Of a stretch of 64,000 nucleotides of DNA, positions 26,959 through 33,944 are shown one piece after another. The position numbers and the translations under genes are program-made. Source of the stretch: a virus. Position 1 is the first letter of the stretch; each line of letters opens with the position of its first letter. The notes beneath the pieces were generated by a model. That model searched no databases and had not been told where the DNA came from. It saw only the letters and a program-made list of their open reading frames with translations. The stretch spans positions 32,001 through 96,000 of the IMG/VR virus record IMGVR_UViG_3300045988_166055; one strand, 5' to 3'.

Positions 26959-26987
26959 CACATCAATAGAATTCAAATTCGGAGGTA
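26952..26987 (+). repeat. 36-nt perfect direct repeat, copy 1
   Basis: TAATTAACACATCAATAGAATTCAAATTCGGAGGTA is identical to 31548..31583. It spans the upstream stop codon through the SD of the next gene. Confidence 0.95.
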
Positions 26988-26992
26988 TCCTA

Positions 26993-27196
26993 ATGAGAAA
27001 TATTATTGATAGAATCTATCGTATCCTGAATGCCTGCAAAGGTTTTGACGTAGGTTACAGCTCAGGAACAGTTTCCGATGGTTATTTCTACATTGAGTAC
27101 GAAGGCAAGGCTTACGCAGTGAAGATAGCAGAAATGCCGATGAAGGAGAATGAGAACATCTTTTCTCGTGTGGGTAAGGTACAGTACTACATTTAA
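26993..27196 (+). CDS. hypothetical protein
   Basis: 67-aa ORF using the SD contained in repeat copy 1. Confidence 0.6.
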   Translation: MRNIIDRIYRILNACKGFDVGYSSGTVSDGYFYIEYEGKAYAVKIAEMPMKENENIFSRVGKVQYYI

Positions 27197-27237
27197 GATT
27201 GATGTAATTGATCTGTATTGAGAAAGGAGAACTTACT

Positions 27238-27480
27238 ATGAAGAAGTATAACTATTTTGAGGTTCCTACCCAGGTAAAGTTTTGGGATTACACCAATGGG
27301 CGCTACCATGGCGGTATTGCTTATAGAGATGAGATTATCTGCGGGTGTTGCGGAGGTGCTTTCAATATTAGCAAAATCTATAAGGTTGCACCCGATACGC
27401 TTTTAGAAGACCCTATCATCGTCTATAATAATTGGGTATGTATTAGCTCTGCGATTTGTGGAGATGAATCAATAGAATGA
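27238..27480 (+). CDS. hypothetical Cys-rich protein
   Basis: AAGGAGA RBS before ATG 27238 (internal Met of the track ORF). Contains 'IICGCCGGAF'. Confidence 0.55.
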   Translation: MKKYNYFEVPTQVKFWDYTNGRYHGGIAYRDEIICGCCGGAFNISKIYKVAPDTLLEDPIIVYNNWVCISSAICGDESIE

Positions 27481-27483
27481 AAA

Positions 27484-27744
27484 ATGACTAAAGTAGAACT
27501 GACAAATGTGGTAGAAGTGACTTATTGCAAAGATACAAATAGGAATAATTCTTGTAGTACTTTGCTAACTGCTATGGTTCATGTGCCTGAAGAGTCCTTA
27601 CCTCCTATGAGTGAAGAAGAAAAGAAATATGGCCGTCTTCTTGATGTGTACTTTAAGAAAGCTTCCGATATTCTGGAAAATGAAGTTGGACCAGTTGAAA
27701 TTTACCCATTTCGTTTCATGGGACAAGTAACTGTGGTAAATTAA
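27484..27744 (+). CDS. hypothetical protein
   Basis: 86-aa ORF with a weak RBS. Confidence 0.5.
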   Translation: MTKVELTNVVEVTYCKDTNRNNSCSTLLTAMVHVPEESLPPMSEEEKKYGRLLDVYFKKASDILENEVGPVEIYPFRFMGQVTVVN

Positions 27745-27797
27745 AAATACTTCAGCTACTTAGTTAAGCTGTGGTAGGAATAACGCAAGGAGGAGTT

Positions 27798-27956
27798 ATG
27801 GTAAAGAATGCAAGGTACATTATGCTGGCAACAAATGCAATGATCAATGATTTTAAGAGTTGTGAAAACGAAGTATTTGTTGATATGATTAAGAATCATA
27901 TTATAGACGGTGTACCTTTTGAGGAAGAAGACATTATGCAGTGGGATAAGGAGTAG
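27798..27956 (+). CDS. hypothetical protein
   Basis: AAGGAGG lies 5 nt before ATG 27798. 52 aa. Confidence 0.5.
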   Translation: MVKNARYIMLATNAMINDFKSCENEVFVDMIKNHIIDGVPFEEEDIMQWDKE

Positions 27957-27967
27957 GAGGTTGAATA

Positions 27968-28183
27968 ATGGGTCAGGTTGTCGAAAATCGGTTTCAAGAG
28001 AATCATCGCAAAACTCGGCAAGATTTAGTCTTGGAGCAATGGCCTAATGCTCATACTTGTAATGACAACGTGTTGAGTGCATGTCCTAAGGTTTTTGACA
28101 GTAATTTTGTTTGTCATTTTGACTTTTGGCATAATAATTGCAATGATTGTCGACGTAATTTTTGGATGCAGAAGGTGGATTGA
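27968..28183 (+). CDS. hypothetical Cys/His-rich protein
   Basis: 71-aa ORF with a TAGGAGGT RBS. Contains 'CPKVFDSNFVCHFDFWHNNCNDCRRNFW'. Confidence 0.55.
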   Translation: MGQVVENRFQENHRKTRQDLVLEQWPNAHTCNDNVLSACPKVFDSNFVCHFDFWHNNCNDCRRNFWMQKVD

Positions 28184-28374
28184 TGCGGTTAACCATTATC
28201 TTCAAGGACGAATTTGAGGAATACATGAAAAAGCAATTCGGAAATTTCACGAATCCGCAAGTCTATGGCGTGAAATCTGTACACATAGAAGATGGGTATC
28301 TTTGTTCCACGGTTTTTGAAACGAAAAGGTGGAACTTGGCTAATATTTCCAGATTTTACTGTGAGGAGGGCTGA
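28183..28374 (+). CDS. hypothetical protein
   Basis: ATG 28183 overlaps the upstream stop (TGATG) and follows AAGGTGG. Confidence 0.5.
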   Translation: MRLTIIFKDEFEEYMKKQFGNFTNPQVYGVKSVHIEDGYLCSTVFETKRWNLANISRFYCEEG

Positions 28375-28376
28375 CA

Positions 28377-28553
28377 ATGGCTGAATTGAAGTCTTGTCCA
28401 TTCTGCGGAGCAGAAGCTAAACCGATGGGTGAAATTTTAAGAACTCAGAATTCCGGAGAATGGAAGCATTCGTATAACGGGTGCATTCTTTCTGGTTATG
28501 TGATTAGAGAAAATAAGATAGAAGCATGGAACAGGAGGGCTAGCAATCGCTGA
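28377..28553 (+). CDS. Lar-family-like zinc-ribbon protein (restriction alleviation family)
   Basis: 58-aa ORF, below the ORF-track cutoff, translated by hand: MAELKSCPFCGAEAKPMGEILRTQNSGEWKHSYNGCILSGYVIRENKIEAWNRRASNR. 'CPFCG' near the N-terminus plus C-terminal 'EAWNRR' is the Lar-family signature as I recall it. GAGGAGGG RBS. Confidence 0.55.
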   Translation: MAELKSCPFCGAEAKPMGEILRTQNSGEWKHSYNGCILSGYVIRENKIEAWNRRASNR

Positions 28554-28606
28554 ATACATCTATCGTCCGGATGCATCTATGTCTCGTCAAGTGAGGGAAC
28601 TGAGAT

Positions 28607-28936
28607 ATGAAAATGAAGAAAGTATACAAATATGAATGCTCAAACTGGTTCAATCCTTATAGCAGACAGCGTTACCCTGTGTCCATCAATAGTGTTAAGT
28701 ACATCGAAATTGTAGGAAAGAAAACTCCAAACGGAATGCTGTGTGTATCTGCCGAGGATGTGGATGGGCATTTCTGCACTATTCTGAAGTGCTATAAGAG
28801 CACCAAGGGTAAGCGCTATTGCGTCTTTGGTAAGCATCGCCTTTATGAAGGCTATTATGGTCCTGTCCAACTTGTGGGCGTGCCCATTAGCGTTCGTTCG
28901 GCCATTGTTGGCTGCGGTGCAAGGATTGAAGATTAG
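28607..28936 (+). CDS. hypothetical protein
   Basis: 109-aa ORF with a GAGGGA RBS. The segment is GC-richer and has a mirror antisense ORF. Confidence 0.55.
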   Translation: MKMKKVYKYECSNWFNPYSRQRYPVSINSVKYIEIVGKKTPNGMLCVSAEDVDGHFCTILKCYKSTKGKRYCVFGKHRLYEGYYGPVQLVGVPISVRSAIVGCGARIED

Positions 28937-29040
28937 AGAGGGAGGGATGTGCGCCATCATTGAATTGAAACCGTTTCCGAAGTGTAGACTTAGGCCGTAT
29001 ATTCCTTATTATGAGTTTAGATTTTATGTTGAGGTGCAAA

Positions 29041-29310
29041 ATGTGGATCAAACGAAGAGATTATGAAAAGCTGAAAGAGGTTAGTGGTAAATATTCTGAT
29101 GTTATGAAAGCAATTCATAACGCAGAAAATGGATCGGTAACATTTTGTAATTTTGGAGTGTTTATGCCTGATAGTGTTTATAATTCCTATTCCGATCTTA
29201 TTGCTAGTCGTACGAAAGAAGTTAGCAACCTAAAAGAAAAAATATTGGATTTACAGGCAGGTTTTGAATACTATAAGAATAAGTGCGGAGAACTGATGGC
29301 TGATGAATGA
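29041..29310 (+). CDS. hypothetical protein
   Basis: An internal ATG of track ORF 29011..29310 follows GAGGTG. The C-terminus is coiled-coil-like. Confidence 0.5.
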   Translation: MWIKRRDYEKLKEVSGKYSDVMKAIHNAENGSVTFCNFGVFMPDSVYNSYSDLIASRTKEVSNLKEKILDLQAGFEYYKNKCGELMADE

Positions 29311-29956
29311 TATTAGAGTTTTTAAGCCATGCACCTTAATGCCATGTAAAAAATGCGGCTATGATAATGGTAGAATAATACCATACGGACATTTTCAAAG
29401 CAATCAAACTACATATCGTATTTCTTGTCCAAGATGCAGTTATTGCACAAAAGAAAAAGCAACATTGAAAGAAGCAACCGAAGCATGGAACAGGAGGACT
29501 ATAATGAGTTGTAATTGTAATAAAATTCAGAATTTAAGAATCAAGAAAATGTTTCATGATGCTATTGAGCCTAAAAGAGGGACAGACGGATCAGCAGGTT
29601 ATGATCTATTTGCTTGTGATGCAACATTGATCCTTCCTGGTAAGTCTTGTATGATTACTACAGGAATTGCAATGGAAATTCCTAATGGATATGTAGGGCT
29701 TGTTTTTGCAAGATCTGGACTTGCAACAAAGCAAGGTCTTCGTCCTGCTAATTGTGTTGGCGTAATCGACAGTGATTATAGAGGAGAAATTAAGGTCTGC
29801 TTGTATAATGATTCATATGATGTCAGAGAAGTTAACTTCGGAGATAGAATTGCACAAATTGTAATTGTACCATATATTTATCCAAATCTTGAAGTAGTAG
29901 AAAACTTATCCGATACTGAACGCGGTGATGGTGGATTTGGATCGACTGGTAAGTAA
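29303..29956 (+). CDS. in-frame Lar-like zinc ribbon + dUTPase fusion reading frame
   Basis: The first 67 aa carry 'CKKCG...CPRCSYC...TEAWNRR' (second Lar-like domain). No stop codon separates it from the dUTPase domain. Confidence 0.5.
   Translation: MNDIRVFKPCTLMPCKKCGYDNGRIIPYGHFQSNQTTYRISCPRCSYCTKEKATLKEATEAWNRRTIMSCNCNKIQNLRIKKMFHDAIEPKRGTDGSAGYDLFACDATLILPGKSCMITTGIAMEIPNGYVGLVFARSGLATKQGLRPANCVGVIDSDYRGEIKVCLYNDSYDVREVNFGDRIAQIVIVPYIYPNLEVVENLSDTERGDGGFGSTGK
29504..29956 (+). CDS. dut: dUTP diphosphatase (trimeric dUTPase)
   Basis: All five dUTPase motifs are present: 'GSAGYDL', 'ARSGLA', 'GVIDSDYRGEI', 'DRIAQIV', 'RGDGGFGSTG'. AGGAGG (29492-29497) lies 6 nt before the internal ATG 29504. 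Confidence 0.9.
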   Translation: MSCNCNKIQNLRIKKMFHDAIEPKRGTDGSAGYDLFACDATLILPGKSCMITTGIAMEIPNGYVGLVFARSGLATKQGLRPANCVGVIDSDYRGEIKVCLYNDSYDVREVNFGDRIAQIVIVPYIYPNLEVVENLSDTERGDGGFGSTGK

Positions 29957-29963
29957 ATTTGAA

Positions 29964-29987
29964 GGGGCAGAGAAATCTGCTCCTTTT
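29964..29987 (+). terminator. terminator candidate after dut
   Basis: GGGGCAG-AGAAAT-CTGCTCC gives a 7-bp stem including one G-U pair, followed by TTTT. Confidence 0.5.
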
Positions 29988-30029
29988 CTATGTAAATTAT
30001 TAAGAAATTATTAACGAAGGTCAACCCTA

Positions 30030-30058
30030 TTGACTTTTCAAAAGAATAGTTATATAAT
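30030..30058 (+). promoter_or_regulatory. canonical sigma-A/sigma-70-type promoter
   Basis: TTGACT (30030-30035), a 17-nt spacer, then TATAAT (30053-30058). Located 59 nt upstream of ATG 30117. Confidence 0.65.
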
Positions 30059-30116
30059 ATACACAATAACAAAGGCCCTCAACACATCAAGAAGGTTCAA
30101 ACCTGGAGGTAACAAA

Positions 30117-31307
30117 ATGGCTCAGTACGCAATTTACGAAGAGAATTTCGATCGTCTTCAGAAGAAGATCACGACAATCGCAAACAAGTGCAAGAAGTTC
30201 GGATGTGATTTCAAGTTTGAGGTAGTCGGAAGTGAAATACGAAAGGTAACAGATGACGAAGGAAATCAGAGAAACTGCAGATTCATTCTTGTAGAAGCCG
30301 AAGGAACTGCTAAGCTCAATGATTGGGAGTTCATCGCATCTATCGAACATAAGGAAGGCGGAAACATCATCCGTACTTTCAACAAAGACGCAGAGATTCC
30401 TACTCGTTACTTCAATTCGGATCCGATTTGCGAACATTGCAACAGTAAGCGTCGTCGTAGCAAGACCTGCCTCGTTCGTAACACTGTCACAGGTGAGTGG
30501 AAGCAGGTAGGCCTTTCTTGTCTGAAGGATTTCACTTGTGGGCTCAGCGCAGAAAATGTAACAAGATACATTAGCTTCTTCGATAACTTGATCGAAGGTC
30601 AGGCTCCTTATTCCGGAAGTTGGGGCAAGCCTTATTGGTACATTTCTCAGTATCTTCCTTACGTAGCAGAATGCGTCAAGCGTTTTGGATACTTCAACAG
30701 CTACAGCAACTATCCTACTTCAACCAGAGCTTTCACCTACTTCGAGGTTGACGCATTAGATAGAAAGTTCATGGGTAGCGAATCCATCAAGCAGGAGATG
30801 ATGGATTGCGATTTTGAAGTTACCGAAGAAAGCAAGAAGCTTGCAGAAGAAACTATCAATTGGTGCAAGCACCTTTCTAACGAGACTGATCCTTACATGC
30901 ACAACCTGGAGGTTATCTTTTTCAACGATTACTTCGCAAGAAGTGAGCTCGGATTCGTTACTTCTTCAATCAAGGCCTACATGCGTCACAAAGATATCGA
31001 AGACAAGAAGCGCAAAGAGGCTGCTGAAAGAGCAAAGGCTGCTCAGAAGTCTTCTCATAAGTACAACGAAGGCGACAAGGTACAATTTGAAGTTGTCAAC
31101 TTCAAGTACATTACTTCTTTCGATAACATGTACGGAACCACTCATCTTTACAAGTTTGAAGACAAAGAAGGTAACGTCTACTCTTGGTTCGCTTCTTCTG
31201 GGTGTGATGAAGAAAAAGTAAAGTCTATCAAGGGTACAGTTAAGTCCAACGGCGAATACAACGGAGTAAAGGAAACTTGCCTTACTCGTTGTAGAGTTAG
31301 CTACTAA
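30117..31307 (+). CDS. hypothetical protein with central zinc ribbon, K/E-rich linker and C-terminal OB-fold-like domain
   Basis: GGAGGT RBS before ATG 30117; the track start TTG 30030 is actually the -35 box. Contains 'CEHCNSKRRRSKTCLV...VGLSCLKDF'. The C-terminal 'GDKVQFEVVNFKYITSFDNMYGTTHLYKFEDKEGNVYSWFASS...IKGTVKSNGEYNGVKETCLTRCRV' has an OB-like pattern. GC-rich codon usage. Confidence 0.65.
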   Translation: MAQYAIYEENFDRLQKKITTIANKCKKFGCDFKFEVVGSEIRKVTDDEGNQRNCRFILVEAEGTAKLNDWEFIASIEHKEGGNIIRTFNKDAEIPTRYFNSDPICEHCNSKRRRSKTCLVRNTVTGEWKQVGLSCLKDFTCGLSAENVTRYISFFDNLIEGQAPYSGSWGKPYWYISQYLPYVAECVKRFGYFNSYSNYPTSTRAFTYFEVDALDRKFMGSESIKQEMMDCDFEVTEESKKLAEETINWCKHLSNETDPYMHNLEVIFFNDYFARSELGFVTSSIKAYMRHKDIEDKKRKEAAERAKAAQKSSHKYNEGDKVQFEVVNFKYITSFDNMYGTTHLYKFEDKEGNVYSWFASSGCDEEKVKSIKGTVKSNGEYNGVKETCLTRCRVSY

Positions 31308-31331
31308 GAGGTTAGAAAGGAAGGTAAAAAC

Positions 31332-31550
31332 ATGACTCGTTATCACTATATAAAGAAGATTATGTATCTCCAGTACCGGTTGCTGATGCTCCCTACTTGT
31401 ATGAACCGCCATTACTGTACTTCATATGCCAAGTGGAACTCTCGGATTCCTTATCTTCCTTTTCCAAATGGCTCTCAGACTTATCAGGAGGATTGGGACA
31501 GAACTTGTAAAGAGATCAGACGTATTAAAGGATTGAAAGATCTAAAGTAA
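31332..31550 (+). CDS. hypothetical protein
   Basis: 72-aa ORF with a GAAAGGAAGG RBS. Confidence 0.5.
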   Translation: MTRYHYIKKIMYLQYRLLMLPTCMNRHYCTSYAKWNSRIPYLPFPNGSQTYQEDWDRTCKEIRRIKGLKDLK

Positions 31551-31583
31551 TTAACACATCAATAGAATTCAAATTCGGAGGTA
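31548..31583 (+). repeat. 36-nt perfect direct repeat, copy 2
   Basis: Identical to 26952..26987. It again spans a stop codon through the SD of the next gene. Confidence 0.95.
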
Positions 31584-31588
31584 ATATT

Positions 31589-32125
31589 ATGTCTAACGGA
31601 TTTTCTGTTTATCCTTGCAGATGTGGTCGTATTCATATGATTAGTTGGGGCCTTGTCGATGAGGCTTGCGAAAAGAATATGGATATCATCCATATTTGTC
31701 AGCGATGCGGAAGAATGATTAGGATTGGTGGAGATTCGTTCTATGACGAATACGAAAAAGTATACGGATACTCTGTATACTCGTATGACATGACTTTGAA
31801 TGATCATGTAGTAAACATTGATCCGTCTTCTGACTATTCCAGCGAATGCAAACCTATTCTGAAAATCATTTCCGAGCCCGGAATTTGCATACCTATGGAG
31901 ACAGGCGGATATGCAACCGAATACTTCTCCGGAATTTTTAGAGATGGAACTAGGCCTTATTTCAGTCGAAAGGATCCGAATGAAACTTACGAAGATTTCA
32001 TCCGAAAGTGGGACATTGATGCCTCAACTGTCAACATGAATCTTTTGAAGAGATTGAATGATAAAGAAAAGTTAGACTACATCAAGAAACATATTCGTTT
32101 TGATCAGTTCGACTGGAGTAAGTGA
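31589..32125 (+). CDS. hypothetical protein with N-terminal zinc ribbon
   Basis: 178-aa ORF using the SD in repeat copy 2. Contains 'CRCGRIH...CQRCGRM'. Confidence 0.65.
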   Translation: MSNGFSVYPCRCGRIHMISWGLVDEACEKNMDIIHICQRCGRMIRIGGDSFYDEYEKVYGYSVYSYDMTLNDHVVNIDPSSDYSSECKPILKIISEPGICIPMETGGYATEYFSGIFRDGTRPYFSRKDPNETYEDFIRKWDIDASTVNMNLLKRLNDKEKLDYIKKHIRFDQFDWSK

Positions 32126-32166
32126 ATACAATATATCACACGGTTCACGACAGGAGGTAAAATTAA

Positions 32167-32445
32167 ATGATCATCAATGCTTCTAAAGCAAAACAACTTT
32201 CTAATGACGCTAACAGCTACGAACCTTACTGTGAAATTGCTGATGCTATAAGAGATGCGGCTGAATCCGGAGAATACAGCTGCCGAGTTATATTATCTGA
32301 ACAGTGCACAAAGGACGCAAAGAAGAAATATCGTGAAATTCTCGAAGAATTGGGTTACAAGGTAGAAGTAGAAAGGCATCTTGAAACGGATGACTTTGGC
32401 CAAGGTTACTACAACATATCTGTTAAGATTAGGTGGGATGAATGA
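32167..32445 (+). CDS. hypothetical protein (tandem paralog 1)
   Basis: 92-aa ORF with an AGGAGGT RBS. Shares the pattern A..A...G.Y...(30 aa)..LE.LGY....(I/V).I.W.E with the next gene. Confidence 0.6.
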   Translation: MIINASKAKQLSNDANSYEPYCEIADAIRDAAESGEYSCRVILSEQCTKDAKKKYREILEELGYKVEVERHLETDDFGQGYYNISVKIRWDE

Positions 32446-32713
32446 TATGGAAAATACTATTTACTCAGCTGAATTTGCAAGGAAACTTTGCGATGATTAT
32501 AATTCATTAACGAATACGATCAATCGATACATAAAAGAAGCTGTAAACACTGGAAGATATCAAACAGATTTTGTTGTAACAAAAGCTTGTTCAGATTATG
32601 ACAAACTTGTAGAATGCCTTAATCAATTTGAAGACCTAGGTTATTGTATTTCTATTCGAAATGAGAATCTTTTCAACAACGATTCTGTTAGGATTTCAAT
32701 TTCGTGGGAATAA
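32438..32713 (+). CDS. hypothetical protein (tandem paralog 2)
   Basis: Start at ATG 32438 or 32447 (the track ORF begins earlier at 32381). By-eye similarity to 32167..32445. Confidence 0.55.
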   Translation: MNDMENTIYSAEFARKLCDDYNSLTNTINRYIKEAVNTGRYQTDFVVTKACSDYDKLVECLNQFEDLGYCISIRNENLFNNDSVRISISWE

Positions 32714-32718
32714 GAATT

Positions 32719-32751
32719 ATGAGCAGCTATAACTTAGCTGCTCATCATTTT
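32719..32751 (+). terminator. Rho-independent terminator
   Basis: ATGAGCAGCT-N7-AGCTGCTCAT gives a 10-bp stem, followed by CATTTT. Confidence 0.75.
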
Positions 32752-32752
32752 G

Positions 32753-32764
32753 AACCTTGTATAC
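32753..32764 (+). promoter_or_regulatory. Motif B copy (AACCTTGTATAC)
   Basis: Exact 12-mer preceded by G, directly after a terminator. It heads the tail and baseplate block. Confidence 0.45.
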
Positions 32765-32824
32765 AAATGAAGGTGAGTCATAAAATTCACCATAACCAAA
32801 CAAAACTTTTGGAGGTTTTACTTT

Positions 32825-33607
32825 ATGGCGCTATCTGAAAAGATACAGCTTCTAGGCGCGGGGCTGTATAAAAACATTCCAGATGAACTTACACTTAAGA
32901 ACATTCCAACAGCATCTGAATTAGATTATGTAGGGAGTGAAGATTTTGATCAAACAATGATCGACAAAATCCTTCCTTCAGCAATTGAAGAGAAAATCGA
33001 TACAAAAGAACTTCTCGAAATTGATTACCAGTGGATTTGCAGATGCTTAAGACTGCTAAACTACGGACCATATTTCACAACAAATTCTATCTTCTGTGAT
33101 AAATGCGGACAGATGTACGGAGAATACAGAGTAAACTTAACATCTGTAGAATGCAAACCACTTCCAGAAAACTTCAAGAATAAACTTAAGATCAAGGCCG
33201 ATGAATTTCTTGATTTTAACGGTGATGTAGAGCTACATCTGCTGACGATGCAGCAAGCATTAAATTCATATAAAGACAAACAATTTATCAGTCCTACTGG
33301 AAAACCTAACAGAGAGCTTTCAAGAATCTGCTACATGATTACATCAATGGGAGATGAAAAGAACATGACTCCTATTGATGTAAGAGTATCAATTAAGAAT
33401 AAGCTATCGTCCGCTGATTACATTGTCCTAAAGGACAGAGTAGCAGAGCTTACAGACTACGGTCTAAGAGCTGGAGGTAGCTGCAATTGTCCTAGATGCG
33501 GAAGCAATGGGGCAGCATTTTTAGCTCTGGTTGACGAAAGATTTTTTCGCCCAACCTTGGACGATCTACGGCAATGGAAGCACGATAGAAGTAAACGGCC
33601 AGAATAA
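32825..33607 (+). CDS. putative tail assembly chaperone (upstream ORF of the pair preceding the tape measure)
   Basis: 260-aa ORF with a GGAGGT RBS and two zinc-ribbon motifs ('CDKCGQ', 'CNCPRCGS'). Called by position immediately upstream of the tape measure gene. Confidence 0.45.
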   Translation: MALSEKIQLLGAGLYKNIPDELTLKNIPTASELDYVGSEDFDQTMIDKILPSAIEEKIDTKELLEIDYQWICRCLRLLNYGPYFTTNSIFCDKCGQMYGEYRVNLTSVECKPLPENFKNKLKIKADEFLDFNGDVELHLLTMQQALNSYKDKQFISPTGKPNRELSRICYMITSMGDEKNMTPIDVRVSIKNKLSSADYIVLKDRVAELTDYGLRAGGSCNCPRCGSNGAAFLALVDERFFRPTLDDLRQWKHDRSKRPE

Positions 33608-33809
33608 AACATACATGGAGATTCGTCAACAAATGTATGAAAACATAATTGACGAAACATTATTTATCTCAAGAGCTTCTGAAGGAGCTGTTTCTGCTGA
33701 ATGGCTCATGGATCAACCAATATTCGTGAGAAAGAAATATGTAGAGTCATTTGAAAAAGAGCTTCGAGAAAGAGAAAAGAGACTAAATCAAGGTAAGAAA
33801 CCAAAATAG
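33531..33809 (+). CDS. overlapping +1-frame ORF, candidate frameshift extension of the chaperone
   Basis: It overlaps 32825..33607 by 77 nt and has no SD before any of its potential starts. A T6 run (33542-33547) lies at the beginning of the overlap. Confidence 0.4.
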   Translation: MTKDFFAQPWTIYGNGSTIEVNGQNKTYMEIRQQMYENIIDETLFISRASEGAVSAEWLMDQPIFVRKKYVESFEKELREREKRLNQGKKPK

Positions 33810-33826
33810 ATATTTTCCTCCAATAA

Positions 33827-33858
33827 GGGACGGGATGTAAAAGTCCCGTCTCTAATTT
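33827..33858 (+). terminator. hairpin / weak terminator
   Basis: GGGACGGGA-N8-TCCCGTCTC gives a 9-bp stem with one G-U pair, followed by TAATTT. Confidence 0.4.
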
Positions 33859-33944
33859 AATATCCAGAAATCTTATATAATATCATAAAACAGAAATTCT
33901 GAATATGATAACTAGAAAAGAAGATTGAGAGGTGAAGAAACAAT

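Noticed and set aside
28827-29066. 79-aa ORF overlapping 28607..28936; possible short gene from ATG 28947 (MCAIIELKPFPKCRL..., 39 aa) behind GAGGGAGGG
   Set aside because: The upstream part is an alternative frame of a better ORF. The 39-aa remainder has a good SD but overlaps the next gene (29041), and I cannot support it beyond the SD. It is left unannotated as uncertain.
30030-30116. TTG 30030 as the start of the 425-aa track ORF
   Set aside because: The TTG is part of a TTGACT-N17-TATAAT promoter. A GGAGGT SD sits in front of the in-frame ATG 30117, so the N-terminal 29 codons are most likely untranslated leader.
30087-31412. Cluster of overlapping ORFs (30087..30437 -, 30319..30510 +, 30814..31221 +, 30966..31412 -) around the 30117..31307 gene
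   Set aside because: They are alternative-frame or antisense ORFs inside a GC-rich, strongly codon-biased gene. None has an SD, and their translations are S/L/R-rich junk. The same reasoning applies to 55342..56125 inside the capsid gene and 53534..53941 / 54245..54535 inside the protease-scaffold gene.
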